NCBI RefSeq assembly: GCF_964355755.1 | Contig: NC_092672.1 | Span: forward strand, 25,488,437-25,552,436 | Direction of reading: 5' to 3' | Source: Antedon mediterranea | Taxonomy: Eukaryota; Animalia; Echinodermata | Length of the DNA: 64,000 bases | Notes under the pieces: generated by a model | Database searches by the model: none | What the model was told of the DNA's origin: nothing | What the model saw: only the letters and a program-made list of their open reading frames with translations | Part shown: positions 40,243 through 51,426 of the stretch, in pieces | Layout of the letters: every line of letters begins with the position of its first letter | How positions within the stretch are numbered: position 1 is the stretch's first letter | Program-made: the position numbers and the translations under genes

Positions 40243-41265
40243 ACTCAAATTTCTTGCACTAAGTTTTGTTTATAAAGCCGATACCGTTTCTCTTTTTTTA
40301 GATTTTTATATTTTGTAATTTTAATTTAAATATTTTCCATTTGGATTTTTAAGTCGATAGGCTACCGTTTCTCTTTTTGTTGATTAAGCAAATATATTTT
40401 TGTTAATTAGGCCTACTAGTTATTTTCTTTATCGTAATTTTGTTTTATGCGAAATTTGAAAAAAATGTCAACACTGTACTTGTTTATAATAATATACTTG
40501 TCTGTTTCCTAGACGACGACAACAACAACAAAAGACATGCGTAGTGGTGACTGCATTTTTTTGTTTTATCGCATCCAATATAAATATTGTAATCTCTCCT
40601 CTTCCTTGTTTAAATTTTTTATTTATCCGATTTCACCAAACAATTCGTTCAGCAAGGCTACAAAAATGCCTATACTATAGTCAGTCGACTAAGTACCATA
40701 ATAATTAGTTTCTACGTTACAACTTCCTATGGTCGATTTAGAGGAAATATTTTTAGCATACATTGAATATAAATTGACGGGATTAGTTGTTTGGGACTCA
40801 CCTATACTCCACAGGGTATTCATGCTTGTAAAGAGTTGGAAAACAATTTTAGTTTTTTTTTAGATTTGTTTTGTATAAAGATATTTCTTCGGAAGCGCTG
40901 TAATTAAGTATTAGAGCAAATGATGAGCGCGATAGAAAAATCATAACGTCGGCAGACTTTTGACTTTTTGTATGTACATGTGTTGTGGCACAGTGTGAAA
41001 CTGAATTGTAGTTAATGTAAAACGACGTCTCGTGTGGATTTTTCAAGAAAAAAGTTATTGAACTTTGAAATGACGATGAGTCGGTTAGGGCTAGTTACAA
41101 AAAAATAGCCCGTTAAAAGTACGCCTTAAAATCGTACAGAAAACCGGCGAAGAATATTTTTAAGGTGGATAAACGATAAAGACGATCAGAAGAATTTTCA
41201 AAAAGTACCAATTTACATACTACACAGTATTTTATATGTATTATGACCGTTGACGAGTGTATTAA

Positions 41266-42854
41266 AGGGGGATTCTGGGTTTAAAATTGCTTTTAAATAT
41301 CGTTTATTTATTAAATAAAAAATATTATAACAATATAGACATTTCAGAATGAAGAAGTAATAATGAGAAATTAAAAAAATTAAATTTCATATACATTTTA
41401 GGGTAAATTTATGGAAAGTCTGTTTTTTAGCAGCTTAGGGAAGCTCATTAATATTCATGAGATATTCACAAAATCACGTCACCAGTGGATTCCAAACTCG
41501 CGACGTCATGTACGTTGTGTTTGTCAACTAATTTACATCTCTCTCCCCTGTCAAACGACGACCACCATTGTGATCATTGTGAAATACATTTTTTGTAGAT
41601 TTTCTAAGCTAGGCCTAAAGTGTAATAATAACAGTAGTAGCATATATTTATTTGACATTTAATGAAATACAAAATTTAGTACAGATACGGAGTCATAAAT
41701 TATACTATTTTTATACCTCTATAGTACAGATCGTATTATCGGCTTCACGTACAATACTACTCTAGGCCTAGCCTAATAATAATATGGGCGAGAGCCATTC
41801 TGACTAGGGATTCCATGCCACGATGGCTACGTTAAAACAATGGGGCCCATGGGCCTAGCTAGCCTACTACTAGACGATTGGCCCATAAATAACAAAACCC
41901 ATCCTATCAACCAAACTCTCCTAAACAATCTAAACCTAAAACATTCTACAAAATCGGCTGTAAATATTGAAGCAAAACAAGGTCCGATCGCCGTCCACAC
42001 GTATGGTGTCCCGATCGTCTAAGTAGGCCTAAAATAAATAGGTTTAGTTTACTCTCCAAAAAAGCGGATACTCATGCATCAAGCAAGTAGACCAGGTAGT
42101 AGGAAGGAGACCTAGCCGATCCGGCCCAGTTAAAAATTGAGCTAGCTAGTGTAGTAGACCATGAGTAGACCCTATGCGAATTGATACTACCAGGCCTTTT
42201 ACTATAGGCTGCACTACACAAATATTCCAACTCTCTCATTCGAGCTATATTATCTATACCATTCCGGTAGGTCGAGTCGACCTTCAATCAAATACTGTAC
42301 ATCGTTCATGTTGTGATTATAGACGGGGTATACTCGACCCGACCAGTTTGGTATTGTTGTATCTGCTTATCACGTGACGATGCCAGACATGGGCAGCAGA
42401 GAGAGCACGTGTATTGTCGTCTCGCTCGATCCTCAGCAGGAATGTACAGTATACGTTACGCTTCATTGATTTTGATTTTTCCCTAAGTCGGTGCGAAAAT
42501 CGGCAAACGTAAAGTGCAAACATATCTAATTTTTCACTGTTTTGATGAATTTTCATAAAAAATTGACTTTATAAATGGGAAGACCGACTAAAATTACATC
42601 AGATAAGTATAATTTTACAAAATTAATTGATATGGTTTATGATAACGAGTCGTCGGAAGATGGACCATTTCACGAATTTCCTATTTTGTAACCACAGTGT
42701 GATTCTGCCGTAGCTGCACTTGTAATCTGGCCTGATTTCACAGCCTTCGTTCTGCTTCACTGGGCGCTTATATAAATTGAAACTTTTACCGTTCAAGAGA
42801 CAAACAAATATATTTTACATTTTTTACTATTCATTTTAAACCCGGAACTCTCCT
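41266..42854. mobile_element. Non-autonomous Kolobok-type DNA transposon
   Basis: TTAA TSD; imperfect TIR AGGGGGATTCTGGGTTTAAAA / TTTTAAACCCGGAACTCTCCT. Confidence 0.7.
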
Positions 42855-43368
42855 TTAATTAAAAAGTACAATATTGATTATAATAGGTCAATGTTACGGA
42901 GCGCCCTCTATACGGAGATCATAACAACAACAGAGTGGGAATTCCATGGATGGTTTGAGAATAGAAAAAGGTTTCTCCTCTAGAGGTACAGTACGTACAG
43001 ACCCATTATACTACACCAACTAACTATCTATAAATAAAATGATCAATTATGCCACGTTAAATACATTGTTTCCTGTGAACTATACAGTACAGTACCGGCA
43101 TATTAAGTATAGGGCCTAGCTAGGCTAGGGCTTGTTGGGCTAGGCCCTAGCTAGGCCAAGGCCGCCAGGCTAGGCCCTAGACCTATCTACTAAATACTAA
43201 CCCTAGCCTACTGTAAAGTAGCTAGAGGCCTAGGCCTAGCCATGTCTAGACTACTTACCTGTTTTAACTTTAGTAACTCTATATTTGGACTCTCTATCTT
43301 AGGCCTACTCTAGCTAGGCCTCTTTAGAGTCTACTGTAGTAGGGCATGGGATGGGCGGTGGTATGTAT

Positions 43369-44093
43369 GGATGCTAGTCAAGTCGCCCCATCGCAAAGTC
43401 GCCCCATACAAAGTCGCCCCTTACACAGTCGCCCCATCGCAAAGTCGCCCCAAAACAAAGTCGCCCCGACACAGTCGCCCCATCGCAAAGTCGCCCCATC
43501 GCAAAGTTGCCCCAACGCAAAGTCGCCCCATCGCAAAGTCGCCCCATCACAAAACGCCCTATCGCGGCTCATACCTATGAGCTGGTATCCACGCGTAGGT
43601 TGAAGAAAGATTCGTAATTGTGGCTCTGGTAACTAATTTTAAAATCATATTAAATTAACATTTTCGAAACTATAAATCAGGGATAATCTTTTTGGAACTT
43701 TCAAACAAGGGACTATTTTTTTAATGATTTTTAAAAAGCACATCACTCCATTAAAACCTGTAAAATAAAAATTAAAACACAAATTATGTATATAATAGGA
43801 TAAACATTATAATGTATACGACATTTAGCGCGACCAAAGTAACAACGCGATCAATGTCAAACGCAACCGATATGATTAAAACCGTGGGCGACTTTGCGAT
43901 GGGGCGACTTTGCGTTGGGGCGACTTTGCGATGGGGCGAATTTGCGATGGGGCGACTTTGTAATGGGGCGACTTTGCGATGGGGCGACTGTGCCGGGGCG
44001 ACTTTGTTTTGGGGCGACTTTGCGATGGGGCGACTTTGTATTGGGCGACTTTGTATGGGGCGACTTTGCGATGGGGCGACTTGACTGGATCCC
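43369..44093. mobile_element. Foldback MITE with 16-bp (AAGTCGCCCCATCGCA)n inverted arrays
   Basis: Arrays 43380-43560 and 43885-44082 are inverted relative to each other; GTATGTAT is duplicated at both flanks. Confidence 0.85.
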
Positions 44094-44224
44094 GTATGTA
44101 TATTATTGTCCAAAAAAGAAAAAAAAAATGCACAGAAAACAATAATAATAGTAGTAAGCCTATATAGTCGATAAACATTCTCCATAGGGAACAAGACCAT
44201 CACTGTAAGTATCTTGGTTTGACA

Positions 44225-44440
44225 CTGACGAAGCTCAGATGCTGGGTGAAGCGAGTCAAATGACCAAACGGTACGTTTACCATACATAAAGAGCCAACAA
44301 TATCGGCAAGGGTTCGAGGCTCACTCGCTCCTATTTCTGGTGTTGGAACAAATCTTCTCGGATAAGGACTATAAACTGTAGGTCCAGTGTACACAGTTTT
44401 AACCCGTGGGATTACCACTTATCTGATAGGAAAGTGATTA
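44225..44440 (+). mobile_element. Internally deleted copy of the SINE at 25525
   Basis: Shares GGTTCGAGGC..ACTCGCTCCTA..TCTTCTCGGATAA.GACTATAAAC.GTAGGTCCAGTGTA and ATTACCAC.TATCTGATAGGAAAGTGAT. Confidence 0.7.
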
Positions 44441-45116
44441 TATAAAACAGATGCTAACTTCTTCAGTAAAGTGTACAAAAATATCTTAAAAACGGTAAGA
44501 CATCATTCTCCTGCAGCAAATAATTCTGTTTAATTCAGCAATAGGATTGTTCCTCACACAACTGTAAACATTGTTTTTAGATAGCATACTCTAAATAAAC
44601 ATGCCTCTAGGCAAATGGAAAGTAAAGCCTTGTGTGTAATACGATGGTAACTAAAAACAAAAAACCCCAGCTCCTCCCATCATTACGCCAACCAGTCAAA
44701 CAAGTTGATTTCAAACTTTGGATATGAATGCTGCAAAAAGTTTTTTGATCAGGGCTGAACAATTGATGCCCCTTATGACTTGCATATCCCTCCTCTCCCT
44801 AACCCAAACAATTATTTTGTCATCCATAACTAATCATATGCAGATTTTCTTTTTTGTTTATTGACAAATATTAATTTTATACAAAGATATACTAAAATGT
44901 TGTTAAAAGCTAACACTTGAACAGCCTGCCAATCTCACCACCTTCATAAATCCAAATACTGTAGGAGAATATCTGTGTCACTTTTTTTTTTCATTCTAAA
45001 TGTTTTTTATATTTTTGACACCAATTTTTTAAATTTAATGCAAAAAGTATACATTTTTATTATTAATATGACATGACAAACAATTGATTATAATAGGTTT
45101 TTTATGGTAGGCCCAA

Positions 45117-45277
45117 AGCTCTGTCTACACTATAAAACTTTATGTGACAAAAAATGTGATGCGGCCATATATGGACATGATGATGCCATATCACTACCAT
45201 ATTTAAGCATATCACTACCATATTTGGGCACGTCACACTTTTTTTTGTCAAACTAGTTTGATAGTGTGGACAGAGCT
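45117..45277. mobile_element. MITE (AGCTCTGTCTACACTAT family; further copies ~56416-56570 and ~60240-60301)
   Basis: TIR AGCTCTGTCTACACTAT / ATAGTGTGGACAGAGCT. Confidence 0.75.
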
Positions 45278-45309
45278 TAACATCTTCTATATTGTTTTTG
45301 CAGGACAAG

Positions 45310-45936
45310 ATGGTAGTTTTCATTGTAGCCATATTCGCCATTGTTGCTTTTCCGTATGTGATGTACAGGTACCTGCAAAGTAAAAATGACTCATTACAGA
45401 AGGCATTGTCTACAGCCGAAAGAAAAATAGAAAATTTAAATTGTGAGATAAAAACTCATTTACTTTGTATAGAATTACTGCAGAATGATGTTGAGGAGGC
45501 GCGAAAAAGTTTAGTGAATATGGAACGTTTGGAAAAAGAAAATGCGTCAATGTTTAAGACAATTCAATGTACAACGAAAGAAAACCAGAGCCTTCAGGAT
45601 GAAATCAAGTCCATTAAACACCAAAAAGCGGAAGAATTTATCAACAATCTAGAAAGAGAAAAAAATGCGGCACAGAAGAGAGAAAGTGAATATTCTATTA
45701 AACTTCAAAATGAACAAGCTTGTCTCAAGAAACGACTGCAGGAGATCGAGTCTCTGAAGCAAGAAGCAGAGGATTCTAAACTTTGTGTTATTTGTGATGA
45801 AGCCGCAAAGAACGTTGTTTTTATGCCATGTGGTCATTGCTGCTCTTGTGAATCCTGCTATGATAGCCTTCCAACAAAAATATGTCCGGTTTGTAGAGAG
45901 AAGATAATCAATACACAGTCAATATATATATCATAA
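45310..45936 (+). CDS. Membrane-anchored coiled-coil RING (C3HC4, IAP/MUL1-like RING) protein, putative E3 ligase, 208 aa
   Basis: Acceptor TTTGCAG ends at 45303; ATG at 45310. N-terminal hydrophobic helix, heptad-rich middle, then CVIC..VFMPCGHCCSCESC..CPVCR at the C-terminus. AATAAA at ~45952. Confidence 0.85.
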   Translation: MVVFIVAIFAIVAFPYVMYRYLQSKNDSLQKALSTAERKIENLNCEIKTHLLCIELLQNDVEEARKSLVNMERLEKENASMFKTIQCTTKENQSLQDEIKSIKHQKAEEFINNLEREKNAAQKRESEYSIKLQNEQACLKKRLQEIESLKQEAEDSKLCVICDEAAKNVVFMPCGHCCSCESCYDSLPTKICPVCREKIINTQSIYIS

Positions 45937-46059
45937 TCAATACAAATAATCAATAAATGTCAAGACACAATCAATACATATAATCAATCCACAGTCATAT
46001 AATCAATGTACAGTTAATATACATATAATCAATACACAGTTAATGCACATAATAAATAC

Positions 46060-46890
46060 AGATTCAATGAATTCTGCTTCGGATTTGCGCGGGAGAATCA
46101 TTTAGAGCCCATACAAAATTACTTTTTAAAAGATTTAACGTTTTAAACATTTATGATTTAAATAAATTACAAGTTGCCTCATTTATGTACCGTTTATCTA
46201 ACAATTTACTGCCTTCACATTTTAATGCTTTATTTACAAGAATTGACGAACGCCATTCCTATAAAACCCGATCCTCTGTTAACAATTATATCCTTGATAA
46301 TTTAAATGTTAAGGCTCGACGATTTTCTATGTATTATTTTGGTCCCAAACTTTGGACTTCACTCTCAAATGAACTTAAACAGAAATCTTCCTTTTCTAGT
46401 TTTAAATCTAATTTCAAACACAAAATGGTGTCAGAATATGCTACATAAATTTTCGCCGATCTTTTATCCTTATTTATTTGGTGGTGATACATGGCATTAA
46501 ATCCTTCACCCTGGTATTCAATAATCTCCGCTACATTGTATCGTTATACTTGTTATTATACCATATTTAATTATATTTCATATTGTACTCTAATTGTTAT
46601 CATTATCCCTTTTATCATATATTATATAATTGCCTGGTTTATCTTAACTTCTATAATTTAAATTTTTTTTTATTTCTTTATTTTATGTACTTTCACTATT
46701 ATATATTTATATTTTAGTCTACTCTGTAGCAATGTTAGTATACTTAGGCATACGGGAGTCACGACTTAAAGTTCAGTGAACTTACTGTGACTTCCATCCA
46801 CCCACATTTAATATATGTTATGTTATGTAAATGTAAATGATATATATATATATATATAAGTGAGTGGAAAAAATAAATAAACGAAACGAA
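46060..46890 (+). mobile_element. 5'-truncated CR1/L2-group LINE (ORF2 C-terminus, 3' UTR, tail)
   Basis: FMYRLSNNLLPSHF...HSYKTRSS...YFGPKLWTSL..FK resembles CR1-group ORF2 ends; tail AATAAATAAACGAAACGAA. Confidence 0.8.
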
Positions 46891-46893
46891 TGA

Positions 46894-47323
46894 TATATTG
46901 AAAATATTCTTTTTTCCAAACCAATAATTAAAAACTAACCTTGACAGTTTCGCTGTCCTGATCGGACAGCTTCTTCAGAAATAATGACGATCTATCATCA
47001 AACAGACTGACCTCTAGAGGGCCTATTCTGTTTAATGACAGGGTCATACACGTGACTGAGTTGGTGGGTGCCCTCGTCTTTGTTGATGATTTGGTTTCCT
47101 CGTCTGCGGATCCAGACGGCTTCTCTGATGCGTCGGTTGTTTGTATCACCCAATTACTCAGTCACGTGTATGACCCTGTCATTAAACAGAATAGGCCCTC
47201 TAGAGGTCAGTCTGTTTGATGATAGATCGTCATTATTTCTGAAGAAGCTGTCCGATCAGGACAGCGAAACTGTCGAGGTTAGTTTTTAATTATTGGTTTG
47301 GAAAAAAGAATATTTTCAATATA
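46894..47323 (-). mobile_element. Penelope-like element 3' end with inverted pseudo-LTR
   Basis: 168-bp arms at 46894-47061 and 47156-47323 (one mismatch seen). The - strand encodes RRIREAVWIRRRGNQIINKDEGTHQLSHVYDPVI, like the end of a PLE GIY-YIG endonuclease. Confidence 0.85.
47230..47285 (+). ncRNA. Minimal hammerhead ribozyme-like motif (mirror copy on - strand at ~46932-46987)
   Basis: CTGAAGA-A-GCTGTCC-gatca-GGACAGC-GAAAC-T-GTC: conserved core, 7-bp stem II, minimal stem III, GUC cleavage triplet; stem I is weak. Confidence 0.65.
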
Positions 47324-48496
47324 CTTATACCTACAAACCAGATGAACATTTTAAATCACAGATTCAATGAATACAACACAATATAATCATCCAATATACA
47401 TACAGAGTCATTATACATATATCAGTGTGCTTCTTATTGTTTGCTAAATGATAATCTGGACCATGTTCAGGGGTATTTAATTGGAGGGAGTCTTTAATTG
47501 CAGTGTTCTTTAATTGGAGGGAAACCTGTGCAGAAAACAATTCTACAGTTGTCTCAAATGTAATTATTGTTTGTTTTTGCAATTTAGATAATTTTGTTTT
47601 TCAACGTGAAACAATTATCATGTACAATTTTTACTTTTGACCTTGTTTTTTTTTAAGCTTTAGGACATCTTTAAAAATTATTTTTTATGTGCTTTTTATA
47701 CTTTTTTGTATATATTGTTTACTATGAAAATTAATAAACTTGAGTTTATTTGAACAGCGTCTCCTTATAAGACGTTTTTATGAACTGTATTGTATTGAAA
47801 AACAGCAAATAACCATTTTAATTTAAGATTAAACTAGATTGTAAGATTTAAAAATATGTAAATTTTCAAAAATAAGAAAGATTTAATGATTATGCAAGGG
47901 TATACTTACTTGAAGTATAATCGTGATTATACAAGTCCTCTCGAGGTGAGAATCAATTGGCGTATCTCATCTGCATATAGGCAATAACCAGTATTAAAAG
48001 AACTACTTCCGGTTCATCTCCCTGACCTACGACCTCTTCCAAAACTCCTCAAAGTTGAAGGGTGGGTCATTATGTTGCAACCTAATATGATTAAATTCTG
48101 AAGATAAATTAGTAACATAATACAGTGTAGGGTGGGTACCACAATGCAGAGACTGCGATGAGTCAATGAACATATATATATACACTCTTTATATAACACA
48201 ACTTTATTAATAGAACACTAATCTGCAAACAAATCACAACGCAGATAGAAATGTCAACATTTTTTATTTTTTTTTAAAAACTCAACTATAACTATAACAC
48301 CGTAACAAACTGTAAACCTGTATCCAACTAAGGCAACACCATAGTCCACCTCATCCCACAGTGTGAGAAGCAAGGGTGGGTTTATACCTTTATACTGGTA
48401 AAATGTATTCTTTTTCCGGGTGGGAATTGATTCTCACCTCGAGAGGACTTGTATAATCACGATTATACTTCAGGTAAGTATACCCTTGCATAATCA

Positions 48497-51334
48497 TTAA
48501 TTATACTTCATCCTCTCTCGGCTCGAATCAATTGGCAATTTTGAAGCTACCGGTACCCCACCGAGAACTGCCTCAGCTACCGAAGAGGTAGCAGAAGGTC
48601 TATGATAAAACCGACTAAATGTTGACGTAGAGGCCCACCCAGCGGCCTCTAAAATATTCTTTAATGTAACTCCCATCTTGTGAGAGCAGGAAGCTGCTGC
48701 TCCTCGAGTTGAATGAGCCTTAAAATGCCCAGTGTCAACTCCTGTTAAACCAAGTATTTCCACTATCCATCGGCTGGCTGTAGCTGCCACTACCTTCTTA
48801 TGTGGTTTTGAATGGCTAATAAACAATTGGGTCTCAGACCCTCTGATCGTACTGGTACAATCTATATATCTCGAAATAGCTTGTACAGGACAAATACTTG
48901 AATCCCTAAAGGCCTCAATGTTTATACATTTAATCTCGAAACCCGGTCTATGCTGTTTGAATAATTTTGACGGAACAAATCTTACACAACTAGGGGTTAC
49001 CGTCATGTTTCTGATATCCATAGACATCAGAGATGAAACTCTGCCCAATGTGGTCAATGCCACTAATAATGCTGTTTTCAATGTTAGCATTTTTAGGGTA
49101 AGTTCATCCCAATGTGGGAGTGATCGCAAGAATGTCAGTACTGGCTCCACCTCCCAAGTGTGTACATACTTAGGTCGAGGAGGATTGCGATTAAACAGGC
49201 CTTTCATTAATCTGCATATTTCCTTAGCTTGCCCTATGGGCTTATTCTTATGATATTGATGGTATTGAGAAATTGCAGATCAATAAACCCCCAATGATCT
49301 GAATGATAAACCTCTTTTTTCAGATTGGACTAAAAATTCCATTACCATCGCTAAAGGTGCTGAAATAGGATAATGGTTTCTCCTACTACACCAGCAACTC
49401 CACTTTTTCCAAGCAGATTGGTATTGTTTGTGTGTCGAGGGTCTACAACTGTCCAGGAGAACCTGTGCAACATCTTTTGACCACCCGTCTCTTTGGAATT
49501 GTTGCCGCAAACTAGCCATGCCGCTAAGTGTAGGGATGTGGTCAGTGGATGTGGTTGCCCCGAGTGTGGTTGGGTGAGAATGTTCTCCCATTGAGGAAAA
49601 ACAATCGGTTCTGTTATTAACATTTCCAGAATCATTGGATACCATATTTGTGTTTCCCAAATTGGTGCAATTATTAGAGCTGTTGCTCGTTCCGATTGAA
49701 TCTTGCGCAATACGTTGGTCAAAAGACAGAAGGGCGGAAACGCATATACGAGTTCGTTTGTCCAGATTATCGAGAATGCATCGATTATCGCTGCATCCGG
49801 GTCCGGTTTCCATGCCGCGTACCGCGGAATCTGATGGTTTAGTCTTGACGCAAAAAGGTCTATAGTTGGGAAGAACTGAAGTTTTTTGCATGTGCGCTGG
49901 AAGATCTGGGGGTGTAACCTCCATTCTAGCCTGTCTATAAATATTCGTGACTGTGTGTCCGCTATACAATTGTCCTTCCCTGGTACGTGGAAGGCTGTAA
50001 TTGTGATCTGTCTCAGCATGCACCATTTCCAAACTGTTACAGCCAGATCCGATAGGTTGGCAGTGTGTGTTCCCCCCTTGTGTTTGAGATAGGCTATGGC
50101 TGTCGTGTTGTCCAGTCGTAGCCTGATATGACATGTTTTCATTTTCTTTGCGAATGTTTGGAGTGCTAGGAATGCTGCTAGCAACTCCAGATAGTTTATG
50201 TGGTGTTCCCTCTCTATTTGAGACCAGCGACCGCCGGTCTGCTGTTGTCCACAGTGAGCTCCCCAACCTTGCGTTGAGGCATCCGATGTGATTATCAGAA
50301 TTGGTGGTGGCAGTGTAATTGGTTTTCCGTTCCACTGACGTAAGCATCGAACCCACCATTGTAGCTCTTCGAGACTTGCTTTGGATAAGACTACCTGGCT
50401 CTTGTATGTTGGGTCTCTTTGAACTACCTGAATAAGATCTGCCTGTAGAGATCGAAAGAAGATCGGTGCTGGGAGCACATCTTCGGCCGTGGCATTCATT
50501 TTCCCTATGACACTGGCTAATGCTTCTGCTGTTAATTGTGGGCGTTGGATTGTTTTCCTGCATAGTGTCTCGAGATGTTGAACCCTTTCGTCTGGAAGAC
50601 TTAGTGTCATACTTTGAGAATTTATTATGTGACCTAGAAACCTTACCTGGTGACTTGGAATCAATTGAGATTTTTTTAGATTTACTAGCATGCCTAAACC
50701 TTCTAGTAGATTTAGGATATAATTTTTCTGTGTTAGACACTCGACTTGTGATTTGGCTACTAGAATTATGTCGTCTAAGTAAATCATGACTTTCATGGCC
50801 CGTTGACGAAGGTGAGCCATTACGGGTTTCATGATTTTTGTAAACAGTCGCGGGGCTGACTTCAAGCCGAAGGGGAGAACTTGGAATTCGAATGTTAATT
50901 CGTTCCATCTGAATCTTAGAAACTTCCTGTGTTTCTTGTAAATTGGTACCATAAAATAGGCATCTTTTAAGTCTAGGGTTATCATCCAACTGTCTGGATG
51001 AATTAAGTGTTTGAGCATGCTTATTGATTCCATTTTGAAGTGTTCCGAAATAATGAATTTGTTGAGACGCTTTAGATTGAATACAGGTCTGTACCCGCCG
51101 GTCTTTTTTGGTATCACAAAAATCGTGGAAATATACTGATGTGGGCAGTTTATTACTTGTTTCACAGCTCCTTTCTTTATCATTTCTTGTATTTCCTGTT
51201 GGATTATTTTTTGTTGATTGTTGTTTAGATGAAGTTGATTGGGTGTACTTAGTTGCCATGGGTGATGGGCAAATTCTATATGATAAACCACTATGGTTTG
51301 GAGAATCCATGGGTCGTTTGTTAACCTTTCCCAT
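48497..51334 (-). CDS. DIRS tyrosine recombinase ORF with long N-terminal extension overlapping RT; one in-frame TGA at 49280-49282
   Basis: The 684-aa and 236-aa ORFs are in the same frame, separated by one stop (VY*SAIS). Motifs GRVSSL, CPV, HSTR, AAGW and FSRFY. Confidence 0.88.
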
Positions 51335-51390
51335 TTTGGTAAAAAATGTTTTATTCTCCCTGCATAGTTTTGATTGTAAGAGATTAGCAA
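49351..51390 (-). CDS. DIRS RT / RNase H / Dam-like methyltransferase ORF (intact, 679 aa)
   Basis: LDLKDAYF, LPFGL and YLDD (RT); SDAS, HINYLEL and DNTTA (RNase H); IDLFAS...DAF...YAFPPF (MT-like). Confidence 0.93.
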   Translation of the reverse strand: MLISYNQNYAGRIKHFLPKWERLTNDPWILQTIVVYHIEFAHHPWQLSTPNQLHLNNNQQKIIQQEIQEMIKKGAVKQVINCPHQYISTIFVIPKKTGGYRPVFNLKRLNKFIISEHFKMESISMLKHLIHPDSWMITLDLKDAYFMVPIYKKHRKFLRFRWNELTFEFQVLPFGLKSAPRLFTKIMKPVMAHLRQRAMKVMIYLDDIILVAKSQVECLTQKNYILNLLEGLGMLVNLKKSQLIPSHQVRFLGHIINSQSMTLSLPDERVQHLETLCRKTIQRPQLTAEALASVIGKMNATAEDVLPAPIFFRSLQADLIQVVQRDPTYKSQVVLSKASLEELQWWVRCLRQWNGKPITLPPPILIITSDASTQGWGAHCGQQQTGGRWSQIEREHHINYLELLAAFLALQTFAKKMKTCHIRLRLDNTTAIAYLKHKGGTHTANLSDLAVTVWKWCMLRQITITAFHVPGKDNCIADTQSRIFIDRLEWRLHPQIFQRTCKKLQFFPTIDLFASRLNHQIPRYAAWKPDPDAAIIDAFSIIWTNELVYAFPPFCLLTNVLRKIQSERATALIIAPIWETQIWYPMILEMLITEPIVFPQWENILTQPHSGQPHPLTTSLHLAAWLVCGNNSKETGGQKMLHRFSWTVVDPRHTNNTNLLGKSGVAGVVGETIILFQHL

Positions 51391-51426
51391 ATCGAAATTC
51401 CTTTTTATTTTTTTTTTGATTGTGGT

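Noticed and set aside
43346-44287. ORFs with KVAP/SRP repeats
   Set aside because: Arise from the 16-bp repeat arrays of a foldback MITE.
46928-47289. Two mirrored 73-aa ORFs
   Set aside because: Artefacts of the inverted repeat; the meaningful frame is the Penelope endonuclease tail.
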